From: Eledone cirrhosa
Lineage: Eukaryota
Direction: 5' to 3'
DNA: 64,000 nucleotides
Assembly (NCBI GenBank): GCA_964016885.1
Contig: OZ024740.1
Coordinates: forward strand, 196,602,001-196,666,000
Shown here: piece after piece, positions 13,600 to 26,548 of the stretch
Position numbering within the stretch: the stretch's first letter is position 1
Layout of the letters: each line of letters starts with the position of its first letter
Translations under genes and position numbers: made by a program
The notes under the pieces: model-generated
Databases searched by the model: none
The model's input: the letters and a program-made list of their open reading frames with translations, nothing else
Told to the model about the DNA's origin: nothing

Positions 13600-14030
13600 A
13601 ATGTTCTTCGTATACGGTGATTACAGACTATGATCAGTTCCTGCCTTTTATTTAATAAATCATTCTTAGATTTAGTAATTTCCAAGATCTCCCCTGAACA
13701 TAATCTGCATTCCCTCCTGTTCCCAAGATATGGAGTTCTTTGTAGAATGGTGTTCCACGATAACTTGAAATCTATTTTTTTCTTTTATTACTTATTTACC
13801 GCTTCAGCTAAAGATGTGGTATTAGCTAGTTTAGTATTGTTGAAACTACTAGAGCGTGCGTAAAATCTTTTCTTAAATGTGTTTGATGTAGATCCTATAT
13901 ATGTTTTGTTGGAGTCTGTAGTGGACACAGTGCATTTATATATTACATTATTAATCAAACAGTTGCCATTTAAGGGGCAAATGCTTCTATTTCTGCAATT
14001 ACAGCCATACATAAGATGGTTGTTGGGGGT
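13600..14030 (-). mobile_element. Penelope-like element fragment: GIY-YIG endonuclease with a CxCx5C linker (Naiad-like)
   Basis: CNCRNRSICPLNGNCLINNVIYKCTVSTTDSNKTYIGSTSNTFKKRFY. Confidence 0.8.
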
Positions 14031-14257
14031 GCCTATACTATTCTCATTAATCCTTGAGCTGTTCCTATTGTAATTAATGATAGCAGGAGAATGAAGGTTG
14101 CTTTGTAGGTGGTTTGGTGCTAGGGTTGTATTGTGATTTTGTGTTCTCTAGGTTGAAGGATTGTATTATTTGCCTTTTTAAAAGGTGCAGTCCTATTTAA
14201 ATTATGTTGTGGTGGTGTAGTCATATTATTTTTAAGTTTATAAATGTTGTAGTTGCT

Positions 14258-14332
<75 letters not shown>

Positions 14333-14377
14333 AGGAAATTGTAATTCACTTGAAGTATTGCGTAATGAGGTATAAAC

Positions 14378-14778
14378 GTTTGGAGTTAGAAGGCTAAAAA
14401 CAATGCAGGTATGGATATAGAATATAAATACAAATGCAAAAGATATTGCTGACAATTAGTCTTTTACCTTAAATTTATTTGAATATCCTTAATTTTCGAG
14501 ATAATATCTCTTCTTCGGAGGGAAGTAAAGGGGTTAATCCCGTGTTCTAATTAGCTTGCCAAGTCTAATTAGAACACGGGATTAACCCCTTTACTTGGCA
14601 AGCTAATTAGAACACTGGATTAACCCCTTTACTTCCCTCCGGAGAAGAGATATTATCTCGAAAATTAAGGATATTCAAATAAATTTAAGGTAAAAGACTA
14701 ATTGTCAGCAATATCTTTTGCATTTGTATTTATATTCTATAACCATACCTGCATTGTTTTGGCCTTCTAACTCCAAAC
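14378..14778. repeat. ~400 bp palindrome of PLE-like terminal repeat between (TA)n tracts, each arm with a minimal hammerhead-like motif
   Basis: Arms are 14378-14564 and 14593-14778, with a short duplicated segment at the pivot. The motif CCT CCGAAGA A GAGAT ATT ATCTC GAAA ATTA AGG is at 14487-14522 (-), with a mutated copy at ~14636-14670 (+). Confidence 0.85.
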
Positions 14779-14779
14779 C

Positions 14780-14868
<89 letters not shown>

Positions 14869-15038
14869 ATATATATATAAACACACATATTCATATGATT
14901 ATGAATAAAACATTTTAAATTTATACTTCGTTCTCTCTTAACTAATATAAACACTCTGCCTATTATGTGAATAACAAACCGAGTACAATACACGTCTTAC
15001 ACACCAACAGTTTACACACACACACGCGCGCGCGCACG

Positions 15039-15141
<103 letters not shown>

Positions 15142-15190
15142 TATATATAATATATATATATATAATATATTTAGCAGCATGGTGTATAAA

Positions 15191-15568
15191 TGTTATTGAG
15201 ACACGAGTAACATAATAATGATGTCAACAGCAGAAATTAGAGATGAAATGTATGTTTATTTTTGTTGTAGCACAAATAATGTTTGTTAACTTGTATGGTT
15301 GAAGTTACACATAAAATGTGGTTACAAAAGGGAATGTGCCATTGTGCCGGAAAGCCGGCAGGCCAAAGTGCAAAATCTCACCGTCACATGTTGTACGTGT
15401 TGCTGGTTCGAAGTTCCTGGTGCGAGAGAGAGATTCTTCAAATTTCGCGGGGAATTTCTCCCCCAGGGCGCGTAGGGATACATGCTCTTCTACTGGCGTT
15501 GATTGGCTGAGCTGAGCCAAATCACGCACAGAGAATCTATGCGAGCCCGCGGAATGTAGGTCACTACA
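15191..15568 (-). mobile_element. Possible solo LTR of an unrelated family
   Basis: TGT...ACA termini (the minus strand begins TGTAGTGACC), a GC-rich body and a minus-strand AATAAA. The left boundary and TSD are uncertain. Confidence 0.35.
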
Positions 15569-15669
15569 TATATATATATATATATATGTGAATGAAGTAA
15601 TTAAGTGAATGAAAAAATTAAGAAACCACTGGTAAACGAAATAATTGCCTTATGTTGTTTATTACATAA

Positions 15670-15796
<127 letters not shown>

Positions 15797-15879
15797 TTAC
15801 ACACACATATAAAGGTATATACACACTATGTAACGTCGAATATAAATCCTAGAACAGGCACTGAAAGAATACATACACA

Positions 15880-16328
15880 TGTAGTAAGACGCCTTCCGCC
15901 CCCTGGCGGATAATGGAGCAGGCCTAGTTGTCTCCCCCTGGTTGAGAACCCCTTTTTTAAGTAAGCAGCAGACAGCCAAGGCAGACAACAAACAGCAGAC
16001 GGCCCCTGTACCACGAATTAACAGACAGCCACGGGAACAGCAAATAGCACACGGCCTTTGTTATTGTAATACGTTCCCTTCACTACAACTGGATCACGTA
16101 AATATTGGTATGTTGGTTCATTTGTAATATAATAAACACATGATAAACAAAATAAACATCACCATTATTTACATTGTTGAATATAACTCTCGTTGTGGTT
16201 ATTGTCTTGTTTACGCACACACCCACTCACTTGTTATAATTCTCACTTACGAAAATGGTAAATAGACGAGGGACTTTCCCTCACGTCTTATTAACAAACA
16301 ATCCAACTAGGATACATCAATTACCACA
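15880..16328 (+). mobile_element. Solo LTR related to the gypsy element at 20738-26548
   Basis: TGTAGTAAGACGCC...ATTACCACA is a diverged reverse complement of the LTRs of the full element. It is flanked by CACA/CACA (4-bp TSD). Confidence 0.85.
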
Positions 16329-17573
16329 CACACACATACACACTCACACACTCACACACATACACACTCACACACATACACACACTCACACACTCACAGA
16401 ACATGATGGTACTATAGAATCTATATTCACCGAAGACGACAAAGAGCGGGATCGAACCTTGAATCGTGCACTTGAAAAAAGAAAACTTATATCGGATAAG
16501 TATTGTTGCCCTCGCGTATCCTACAGTTTCAAGGGAGATAATAAGAAAATCATAAAAGCAAGAGTTGCCTCCTTTAAAAGCTTTTTGTTGCTTTTTCTTT
16601 TAGCATTTTATTGAACAAACATAAATCAAGGGATATAATAGTTGCAATACAAAGAAAAAAAAAAGGAGAAAGAAATTCACTAACGACAGTAAGGAGATAA
16701 TTGTGGCTCTGAGCTAATGTTCATGGAGCTTTTTGGTTGAGAAACAATCGATATATATATTTCATATATATAGATCAAACCTAAATATAGTATATTACTA
16801 GCGTATATACTCGAGTAATAGTCGATCTCATGTAAAAGTCGACTCCCCATTTTTGGCCGAAACATCTGGAATTTTCTATAGACCTAGTATAAATGTCGAC
16901 CCTCGTGTTTCACGGATAACATGTTAACATTTGTGGGTCAATGTATCATCCTGTACGTAGAAATAACACTGTTACAAAATTGTCATGAATTTATATTATT
17001 GCAAATACATGTCTGAGGAAAAGATATTTTATTACAATTGCATAAATTTATAGTAGAATAACGTTGCTGATATGTTTTAAATATATACATAAATAACATA
17101 ACAAATGTGTAAATAACATTATAAATTGCTCACAATTCGTCCAGAAGGACAAATATAATGTCTAAACCGTGTATAATAAACACAATAATATAAATCCATG
17201 AACAAAAATGGTAAAGGAAAGAAAGAAAGAAGGAAAAAGGGTGCGGGGCAATTAACCACCGAGTGTAATAATTGGCCGCACCTCATACATTAAGAGTTAA
17301 CTGTACACTTTCAGGCAAACCAACACACTAGCAGCATTACCACGAGTGATGGCGAGGCTAAGGCGCTGAAATAACCAGGCCTCGCTCACGGGCATCACCT
17401 GACACCCCAGTAAGGCGATTCGATATCTGAAACTAAAAATTTACTGAAACGGGTCCTAACCTTACTGTAGACTGTGATTGGATAGTAGTGATGCAAAACA
17501 CAGCGAGCAGGTATCGGCCATGTACACAGTATTATGGTAGACGGTGGCATACCGGTAGATATATTAGACATAA

Positions 17574-17755
17574 TAATTGTTTCTGCTTTGGGCACAAGAC
17601 CAGCAATTATCCCAGTGTATTACTGGTACTTTATTTTATCGACCCCGTAATGATGAAAAGTAAAGTTAAACTCGGCTGGATTTGAACTCAGACCATAAAG
17701 GGGCGTAACTCTATGCTACAAAGCATGGCGTCCGACCCTCTACTGATACTGCCAC
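17574..17755 (-). mobile_element. tRNA-derived SINE
   Basis: Reverse complement of the 10244 family. Confidence 0.8.
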
Positions 17756-17899
17756 AGTAATTATGAGATATAAATTGGTTGCACTAAGGTAGTCTGTTAA
17801 GTTTAATGGATACGAGTCAAAGAACAAGTGTAAATATTTATAAGATCTACGCGGCCTTGTTAATGGATTTTGTTATTTACTAGGACGTGTGTTTTGGTG

Positions 17900-18385
17900 T
17901 ACAAGATCTTGATGGTGTTACGTACCTGCTTCTTAAACGTGGTGGGTAATTCCTTCTGCACCAGTTATCACGCTTCTTCCAATTCTGTCTGAACAACAGT
18001 GCTAGTCCAGAACAGTGGAAAACTGCCAGTGTCATTCCTCTGTTCGAAAAGGGTGACCGCACATCACCTGTGAACTACCGTCCAGTCAGTCTTACTAGTT
18101 GCATCGCCAAACTGATGGAATCCTGTGTCAGAGAAACACTTTGGAACTTCTGGAGCTCTCACAGTCTTATCCGGCCCTCGCAATTTGGATTTATCCCCAA
18201 CTCCAGCTGCTGTGATCAACTTATAGAGTTTCTTGAGGACATCACCCGGATCACGGATGGCGGCTCATGGGTGGATGTTGTTTACCTTGACTTTGCGAAA
18301 GCCTTCAATTCTGTGCCACACAAAAGGCTTATGGCAAAACTCTCTGCAATGGGTGTGAAGGATGGTCTTTTAAACTGGCTTTCGA
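17900..18385 (+). mobile_element. CR1/L2-type LINE reverse transcriptase fragment
   Basis: WKTASVIPLFEKGD...NYRPVSLTSCIAKLME...QFGF...VDVVYLDFAKAFNSVPH. Confidence 0.85.
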
Positions 18386-18660
18386 AACGTTTGGGGGAGT
18401 CGGGCCGCTGACTGCGAGGTTCCTCTCTTTACTGGCGGCTCGCCTAATAGAGGTAACTGGCGAATCTCGCGAGAGCGCTTGGCTGTTCCAGCGCATTAGC
18501 CTCGCCATCACCGGAGGCAACGCTGCGAGTGTGCTGGCTTGCCTCAAAAATCATTAGAGAGGTTGCCCAGTACTCCTCGCGACGTTGTTCTCTTTTGCTC
18601 TGGTGTTGGCTCGGTTGTTCACCCCTTCCTTTACATTTTCTTTAATATTGTAACATAAAA
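18386..18660 (+). mobile_element. 3' end of a restriction-like-endonuclease (CRE/NeSL-type) LINE
   Basis: Translation RLIEVTGESRESAWLFQRISLAITGGNAASVLACL*. Homologous copies lie at 17325-17400 (-), 32845-33060, 47380-47530 and 51618-51810. Confidence 0.65.
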
Positions 18661-18877
18661 AGAATATATCTTTCTGAATGAATCGCGAGCAATTTATAAT
18701 GTTATCTAAGCATTTGTAATGTTATTTATGTATATATTTCAAACATATTTGTTATGTTATTCTACTGTAAATTTATTTATATGCTATGGTTTATATTTTC
18801 ATTCTGAAAGAATTGCAAACGATTTGTAATATAATTTATATGATACAACTATGAATAAATCATCAAGTATGAACGAA

Positions 18878-18928
<51 letters not shown>

Positions 18929-18959
18929 AAAATTCTGTTGTCATTATATACAAGTCATG

Positions 18960-19620
18960 GGCATTGGTTAAGTTTAACGTCCTCGAAATTGAAAGTGGAT
19001 TTTTTGACAAGTGAATGTGTTTTTTTTTTTTTTACAATGAAATTTACGATACACTCTTTGTTTATTTACAACAGGTCTCTATAGGGATATGGTGTTAATT
19101 AGTATTGCGTGTGTGATTATTTTCTCTTATATATATATGTGTGGGTGTGTATATGTGTGTATATATATGTGTGTCTGTATGTATATATATGTGTGTTTGT
19201 ATATATATATGTGTTTGTGTCATCATCATCATCGTTTAGATGTTTTTGTAATATCTTGCCAAAGTTGGCACCAACTATAAACAAATTAAGGCCGGGTCAT
19301 AAGAAGGACAGAGAATGATAAGGGATTTGGGTAAAAACATCTAAACGATGATGATGACACAAACACATATATATATACAAACACACATATATATATACAT
19401 ACAGACACACATATATATACACACATATACACACCCACACATATATATATAAAAGAAAATAATCACACACGCAATACTAATTAACACCATATCACTATAG
19501 AGACCTGTTGTAAATAAACAAAGAGTGTATTGTAAATTTCACTGTAAAAAAAACAAAAAACACATTCACTTGTCAAAAAATCCACTTTCAATTTCGAGGA
19601 CGTTAAACTTAACCAATGCC
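18960..19620. mobile_element. Foldback/Mutator-like non-autonomous element with ~288-bp TIRs and a 9-bp TSD
   Basis: Arms 18960-19247 and 19333-19620 are near-perfect reverse complements. CAAGTCATG is directly repeated at 18951-18959 and 19621-19629. Confidence 0.85.
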
Positions 19621-19714
19621 CAAGTCATGTATTGTCAGTTAATAATTGACTTTATTTAAGTATTCATTGTTGCATAAAAAAAATAATGATACAATGTTTA
19701 CACACACACATATA

Positions 19715-19842
<128 letters not shown>

Positions 19843-19843
19843 C

Positions 19844-19874
<31 letters not shown>

Positions 19875-20177
19875 TGTGTGTGTTTATTTATTTATTTATT
19901 TATTTATATATATCCGTATGTAGTTGATTGACGAGAATATATATATATATATATATGAAAATAGGAGAAAAAGACGATTATTAGGAAGAAATATTTTTTT
20001 TTTTCCTTTCATTTTTTTCTCCTTTTTCTGGGTTAGAAAATGTTTAAAACAAAATATTTTACTTTGTGTGAAGTCTTAAGGTATTATTTATTAATTAACA
20101 ATGGCATATATTTATTTAGTAGCTGAACTGTTAAGGTCTGATTCCTGGGTGTGTCACTATTTATAAAACAAATTTTG

Positions 20178-20238
20178 TATTTTATCTGATGAGAGCGTAC
20201 CAAAGTTTAGGTACCCTTGAAATATATATAATAGAATA
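20178..20238 (+). ncRNA. Type I hammerhead ribozyme in a PLE-like terminal repeat
   Basis: TATTTTAT CTGATGA GAGcGTACC aaagttta GGTACcCTT GAAA TATATATA ATAGAATA: 8-bp stem I, palindromic stem III, AUA triplet. Homologous to 37301-37365. Confidence 0.8.
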
Positions 20239-20365
20239 AATATGTTTTTTAAAATATAGTTTACATTTATTAATACCTTATACTCCAGAAAACTTGTCGA
20301 GTGCTTAGAATTTGTTATAAATATATTTGTGGAATTAAATTACCAACAAATTAAATATCTCTTTG

Positions 20366-20422
<57 letters not shown>

Positions 20423-20737
20423 TAAAAAAACGAAAAATCAGTGATGCATCTGGACAGTTTTTTGCGTGTTACAATTGTTTCTCCGGCAGGTAGCTCGAGA
20501 CACGATCACTGTATGGATCTGGCTGATTATACGGCTGCAGGTTCCTTCGGACACGGGCAGTTCGTTCGGAGCAAATTTTCTCACTGGGGTGTTATCGTCA
20601 CAAAACACCTTCAAAATACATCTTCCACTCTTGTCATGCCATTGGCTGTTGTTATTCTACGTCATCTTAAGTTCTGGTCACTATTTACTGTTACACGGGT
20701 CATCAGCCATTTTCCGTCCGACACACTTCAATGGAGT

Positions 20738-21258
20738 TGTGGTAATGAAGAATCCTTGTTGGATAGTTTATCAATATAGACGTGAGGGAAAGTCCCTCGT
20801 CTATTTAACATTTTCGTGAGAGGATAGGTACTCCATAGAATTATAACAAGTGAGTGGGTATGTGTGTAGACAAGATAATAACCACAACGAGAGTTCTATT
20901 CAACAATGTAAATAAGGATGATGTTTATTTTGCCTATTATGTGCTGGTTATATTACAAATGAAACAACATACCAATATAGACGTGATCAGTTGAAATGAA
21001 GGCAACGTATTACAATTGTCGTGGGTCACCAATGTAACGGGACCAGTGGTGAAATCAGTTATGAGCCAGTGCTCAGCCAACACTATCCTTGTGGCTTGTC
21101 TGCTGTTTCGTGGTACAAAAGCCGTCTGCTGTTTGCTGTCTCCGTGGCTTGTCTCCGGGGAAGTAATACTGCTGCTTACCTAAATAGTGTTCTCAACCAG
21201 GGGGAGACAACTAGGCCTGGTCCATTATCCGACAGGGGGCGTAAGGCGTCTTACTACA
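20738..21258 (-). repeat. 3' LTR
   Basis: Direct repeat of 26024-26548. A purine-rich GGCAGGGGATAC lies just upstream on the minus strand (PPT-like). Confidence 0.95.
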
Positions 21259-21484
21259 GTATCCCCTGCCAGATTATCAAATCATCGAAAATCGATGTTA
21301 TTACTCACACGTGGAGTAAGATGGCGAACAATGCAACAAGGGGGAGCTATTCGCTCTACCAATCGTTAAATCCAGAATAAGGATTTGAAAAATGTTAAAA
21401 ACACATGCATGCATTAAAAAAAAGACAAAAAAAAGGTGCAGCTAACACAGTCTAAATATAGACGGTGCTGCAAAATTTTTTGGG

Positions 21485-24400
21485 CTAGTGGACCCTACGA
21501 CCTGAACGGGTCGTGGTCTTGTGACGTGGCGATGGTGGTGGTGTAGGGACAGGCGATGATGGTGGTTCAGGAACAGGCGTTCGCTCAACAGGCAAATACG
21601 AAGGGGTTCGTGGATCAGGAACCACAGCGTCCGTGTCCAGATGTGCCTGCTTAAGTCTGTCTATTGTAACTGTCTCCCTGGACCCTTTAATATCTAGAGT
21701 GAAATGCTTAGCCGAGCGCGCTAAGACACGGTAAGGTCCAGTGTAAGGCTGTGTGAGCGGGGGCTTCACAGAATCTTTCCTTACAAAGACATGCGTCCAC
21801 GAAGCAACATCCCTCGGGACAGCAGTATTGACAGTTTGTTTCCTAGTGTCCATTGGTGGCAAATCCTGGAAATAGGAGCGCAAACGGGACACGTAGGAAG
21901 CGTGATCTTGGGCATCAAGATCGATAGGGGTAAGCATTTGCCCGGGCAACGTCAGAGGGGCACCGTACAGTACTTCGGCCGGTGAAAATCCAAAGTCGAC
22001 CTTCACCGTTGACCGAATCCCCAATAGCACAATAGGGAGGTACTCGCTCCAACGCGCCGAGTCCATTGAGGCTATTAAGGAGGCCTTCAGTTGTCGGTGA
22101 AAACGCTCCACCATACCATTCGAAGCGGGATGGTACGCCGTAGTTCTGATGCGTTTAGCACCAATTAATTTTGACAGTTCGAGCAAAAGGCTCGACTCGA
22201 ACTGTCGTCCACGGTCGGTAGTTACTGTGCATGGAACTGCATAACGAGAGATCCATCCAGACACAAGAGCACGCACTGTTGTCTCAGCGGTGATGTTTTT
22301 CAAGGGGATGGCTTCAGGCCATCTCGAAAAACGGTCAACTATAGTCAGCAGATAAGAGTAACCGTCGCTGACAGGCCAAGGTCCCACTATATCAATGTGA
22401 ATGTGCGAAAAACGCGCATCTGGGTTAGTAAAGGTACCCAGGGGAGCCTTGACGTGTCGATGGACCTTTGATCTCTGGCAAGCGACGCAGGAACGGCACC
22501 AAGCAGCAATTTCACGCCTCATATTTGGCCAGAAAAATCTAGCTGATATGAGCTTTACTGTGGCAGCCGATCCTGGATGTGAGAAACTATGTAAAGCCAG
22601 AAACACGGTCCGACGATGATTCTCTGGAACGAAGGGCCTAGGCACGTCCAAAGAGACGTCGCAGATAATTTGGCCAACTGCAGTCGACAGAGGCAAGTAT
22701 TTCATCTCGCAATTCGCAAACTCAGGCGATGTAACATCCAATGACTCAAGGGGAGGCTGATCCGCAGCCAAACGAGTCAGATCTATGTCAGTGGGTGACG
22801 AGATCGCTGTCACGGGTAAGCGGGACAAAGCATCGGCCGCTGTATTCAGTGAACCCGGAATGTATTGGATATCATTCGTATATTGCGAGATGAAATCAAG
22901 GTGCCTCGTCTGTCTGGGCGAGTATTTATCAGCCTTCGCTCTCAACGCAAAAGTTAATGGTTTATGGTCAGTGAGGATAGTAAACAGTCTACCCTCTAGC
23001 ATATGTGAAAAATGTTTCACGGCTAAATAGATGGCTAAAAGCTCCCTTCCAAAGGTGCTGTAGCGCGTCTCAGCAGGTTTCATTTTTCTGGAAGAAAACT
23101 CCAGCGGTTTCTGGTAACCATTGATGTTTTGCTGTAGAACTGCGCCCACAGCGATATCCGATGCATCAACACAAAGCGTTAGCTTTGCACCGGGTACCGG
23201 GTGAGCCAGTAAAGAAGCATTAGCCAAAGCAGTTTTGGCGTGCTGAAAATCAGCAAGTTGAGTCTCGGTTAAAGAAATGTCTGTATTCTTCTTCCGACAA
23301 TTTTTTAAAATTTCTGTCAGGGAGAAAAGCAATCTTGCACAATTTGGCACGAAACGCCTATAAAAGTTGATCAGGCCTAAGAACTGGCGTAACTGACGTA
23401 GTGAGGTCGGTGGAGGCAAATCCTCTATGACCTTAACTCGCTCAGGCCGGGATCGAATACCGTCAGCATCGATGACGTGACCCAAGAAAGTCAGTGTCTC
23501 AGCACCAAAAACACATTTGGGTGCATTAATCTGCACGTTATACGCCTTCAATCGGCGGAAAAGAAGATTCAAATGGTGCGTATGTTGTTCTTGAGAAGAA
23601 CTAGCAATGAGCAGGTCGTCAATATAGGTATAGACGAAATCGAGGCCACGAGTAACCTCATCCATAAACCGCTGAAACGTACTAGCGGCATTCCTTAATC
23701 CGAACGGCATGGTCAAAAACTCAAATGACCCAAATGGCGTAACTATAGCCGTTTTTGGAATGTCATTTTTATGGACAGGAATTTGATGGTACGCACGAAT
23801 TAAATCTAGTTTGGAGAATATCTTGCATCCCTGCAACGAAGACGCAAAGTCTTGCAGATGAGGGATAGGATAACGGTCCGATTCCGTTATTGAATTTAAG
23901 CGTCGATAATCTCCAGTAGGTCTCCAATCGCCAGTCGCTTTCGGTACCATGTGTAATGGGGACGCCCACGGGCTCGTGGACGGACGAATAATCCCCAACT
24001 GCAGCATATGATCAAACTCTGATCGTGCTGCTTTGAGTTTGTCCGGAGGCAAGCGACGAGGACGAGAAAAAACGGGAGCACCAGTTGTAGTTATGAAGTG
24101 CTCCGTGGTATGAGTTGGCTCATCAACTCGAAAATTTCCCTGAGTCAGTTGCGGGAACGAGTTCAACAACACATGGTAAGTATCACCGGTGTTAACAAGA
24201 AAAAAGGTCGGGCTAACCGTTGGAACTCCTGCTGCCTTGCCAACAACAGTTAAACCAGTGATGTCATCAATTAGGCGTTTACGACGGAGGTCCACCGTCA
24301 ATGAAAAATGGTGGAGAAAATCCGCGCCTAGAATCGGATACGGCAAGGCAGCGACAGTAAAAATCCATTTAAACTCACGCCGCAGATTACGGAACTGCAA

Positions 24401-24646
24401 AGGTAGCGAGATTTGTCCGAAGGTTCGAATCGGCGAACAATTTACTGCCTGCAACTCAATAGGTGACTCAGGGGGAGTCTCCTTCATACAACACACAGGC
24501 CATATTGAACAAACTGCACCTGTGTCAACCAGAAAAGCTCTACCTGATAGCAGGTCCTCAATGAAAAAGTGGCGGTTGGATGATGTTTCGCAGAGCGCAC
24601 TATCCGCCGTTAGTGACTTTGGTCGTCGTTGCCCTTGTAAGCACAA
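21485..24646 (-). CDS. pol: Gypsy Pol polyprotein (protease, RT, RNase H, integrase), open reading frame intact
   Basis: 1053-aa ORF with LVDTGA, YIDD, RNase H (VDAS...RELLAI...TDHKPL), integrase HHCC and DDE motifs, and a GPY-like motif. Confidence 0.96.
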   Translation of the reverse strand: MCLQGQRRPKSLTADSALCETSSNRHFFIEDLLSGRAFLVDTGAVCSIWPVCCMKETPPESPIELQAVNCSPIRTFGQISLPLQFRNLRREFKWIFTVAALPYPILGADFLHHFSLTVDLRRKRLIDDITGLTVVGKAAGVPTVSPTFFLVNTGDTYHVLLNSFPQLTQGNFRVDEPTHTTEHFITTTGAPVFSRPRRLPPDKLKAARSEFDHMLQLGIIRPSTSPWASPLHMVPKATGDWRPTGDYRRLNSITESDRYPIPHLQDFASSLQGCKIFSKLDLIRAYHQIPVHKNDIPKTAIVTPFGSFEFLTMPFGLRNAASTFQRFMDEVTRGLDFVYTYIDDLLIASSSQEQHTHHLNLLFRRLKAYNVQINAPKCVFGAETLTFLGHVIDADGIRSRPERVKVIEDLPPPTSLRQLRQFLGLINFYRRFVPNCARLLFSLTEILKNCRKKNTDISLTETQLADFQHAKTALANASLLAHPVPGAKLTLCVDASDIAVGAVLQQNINGYQKPLEFSSRKMKPAETRYSTFGRELLAIYLAVKHFSHMLEGRLFTILTDHKPLTFALRAKADKYSPRQTRHLDFISQYTNDIQYIPGSLNTAADALSRLPVTAISSPTDIDLTRLAADQPPLESLDVTSPEFANCEMKYLPLSTAVGQIICDVSLDVPRPFVPENHRRTVFLALHSFSHPGSAATVKLISARFFWPNMRREIAAWCRSCVACQRSKVHRHVKAPLGTFTNPDARFSHIHIDIVGPWPVSDGYSYLLTIVDRFSRWPEAIPLKNITAETTVRALVSGWISRYAVPCTVTTDRGRQFESSLLLELSKLIGAKRIRTTAYHPASNGMVERFHRQLKASLIASMDSARWSEYLPIVLLGIRSTVKVDFGFSPAEVLYGAPLTLPGQMLTPIDLDAQDHASYVSRLRSYFQDLPPMDTRKQTVNTAVPRDVASWTHVFVRKDSVKPPLTQPYTGPYRVLARSAKHFTLDIKGSRETVTIDRLKQAHLDTDAVVPDPRTPSYLPVERTPVPEPPSSPVPTPPPSPRHKTTTRSGRRVH

Positions 24647-25361
24647 GGAGGCCTACAACGGGCGGCTTTGTCACCATATTTGTCATGGTAATAACAATAT
24701 GGTGGATTTGAAGATTTGGTAAGGCTACGGTGGCGAGGAGTTGAATAAGATCGTGAGCGGCTCCTCTGCCGTCCAAAAGACCTAAGTTCCTGGCACAACT
24801 CCGCCATTTGACGAGTCATGGCTTCCATAGTTTTGGCCACCTTCTCATCACTGAGCGTGATTGAGGAAGAGAAGAGGAAGCAACGTACTTTTGCTTCAAA
24901 GTGTCTCTCTTCGTCACTTCTACTATTTTGTCGGCAGAGACAGCAATGTGGTCGAGTGTGTTTACTTCTAGCATATGGGCTAGGATCGCCTGTACCTCTT
25001 GAGGTAGGCGAGAGAAGAACAATTGCTTCAGGAAAGGGCTATCCTGATCTTGGGAATCACTCAATTCCCGCAAATGCCGGAGAAAAGCGGTAGGGGTTCT
25101 GTCACCTAGTCGTTCGTCCTCGATCAATGACCGAAAACGACTCTGCCGATTTACAGTTCCTTCTCAAGATCTCGCCCTTTAAAGAATCATACGTTAAGTC
25201 AGAGGAGGAGGGGGGCTGTAATTAGGTCTTGGACAGAATCCGCTAATCAAGACAGCGAGGCGCTGGTCAGACTCGGTCTTACAGACCGTAAAATACGCCT
25301 GTAGCTGGGCGAACCACAACTTAGGGTTTCCGTTAAAGGCGGGCAAATGTGGCGTATTCAT
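24610..25361 (-). pseudogene. gag: Gag, frameshifted
   Basis: Pieces MNTPHLPAFNGNPKLWFAQL..., LGDRTPTAFLRHLREL... and ...[18 protein letters not shown] (C-x2-H-x9-C-x3-C) lie in different frames. Confidence 0.85.
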
Positions 25362-26009
25362 TGTGAAACGACTAAAAAAAAAATGAAACAGCAATTAATG
25401 TTCCCTCGTACAGGGAAAAGTAAACACCCAAAATGGAAAAAAAAATCAAAGGTCAAAAAGAAACAGACATTCAAAACATTAGGAAATAGGAAAAATACAT
25501 AAAGTACATATATATTTAAAAAAAAAAAAATTTTTTTTTCCTTCAACGTCTGTCCCCTTGTGTTGCTTCAACGGGCAAGCCAAATCATATAACCTGAGAA
25601 AAAGAGAAGAAAAAAAATGTTTGTTTTAGAATATATCCACGTTGGATATCAACAGTAGGTAGCCTGTGGCTAAAAATCTCTTAGAAAAAAAGTAAGTCAT
25701 GTGTATCCTCTGCGGGGCAGTAATGTTCACAAAAACAGTTTTTCTCTTGATCAAATATGGAACACACACAAGCAATTCAAAATGTCCCTGTCCTGGCGGA
25801 AAATTGCAAAACGGAGAAGAAAAGCAACGCCATATTGGAAACACTTTTGGCTGGTTTGTATACCTTGTCAATATCGTATAAACACTTTATTATTTCTCTG
25901 TCTTTTTTTTTTTTTGTGTATTTTTGTAAGTTGCAAAAAGGTTGGCAACGTGGTAATAACAGTGAAATATTTAAGTTCAAATGAATAAAAGGCTGCGTAA
26001 AATTCTTTA

Positions 26010-26022
26010 GTCGGGGTTACCA
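26010..26022 (-). promoter_or_regulatory. Primer-binding site, tRNA-Trp type
   Basis: TGGTAACCCCGAC sits 1 nt inside the 5' LTR boundary, one mismatch from TGGTGACCCCGAC. Confidence 0.75.
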
Positions 26023-26023
26023 G

Positions 26024-26548
26024 TGTGGTAATGAAGAATCCTTGTTGGATAGTTTATCAATATAGACGTGAGGGAAAGTCCCTCGTCTATTTACCATTTT
26101 CGTAAGTGAGAGGATAGATACTCCATAGAATTATAACAAGTGAGTGGGTGTGTGTGTAGACAAGATAATAACCACAACGAGAGTTCTATTCAACAATGTA
26201 AATAAGGATGATGTTTATTTTGCCTATTATGTGCTGGTTATATTACAAATGAAACAACATACCAATATAGACGTGATCAGTTGAAATGAAGGCAACGTAT
26301 TACAATTGTCGTGGGTCACCAATGTAACGGGACCAGTGGTGAAATCAGTTATGAGCCAGTGCTCAGCCAACACTATCCTTGTGGCTTGTCTGCTGTTTCG
26401 TGGTACAAAAGCCGTCTGCTGTTTGCTGTCTCCGTGGCTTGTCTCTGGGGAAGTAATACTGCTGCTTACCTAAATAGTGTTCTCAACCAGGAGGAGACAA
26501 CTAGGCCTGGTCCATTATCCGACAGGGGGCGTAAGGCGTCTTACAACA
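26024..26548 (-). repeat. 5' LTR
   Basis: Differs from the 3' LTR by about six substitutions and one 4-bp indel (counted by eye). Confidence 0.95.

Larger units (their letters stand above)
20738..26548 (-). mobile_element. Full-length Ty3/gypsy LTR retrotransposon, CsRn1/Kabuki-like clade
   Basis: Two ~520-bp TG..CA LTRs, a 4-bp TSD GAGT (20734-20737 / 26549-26552), a tRNA-Trp-type PBS, gag with a CHCC knuckle and a PR-RT-RH-IN pol. Confidence 0.97.
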
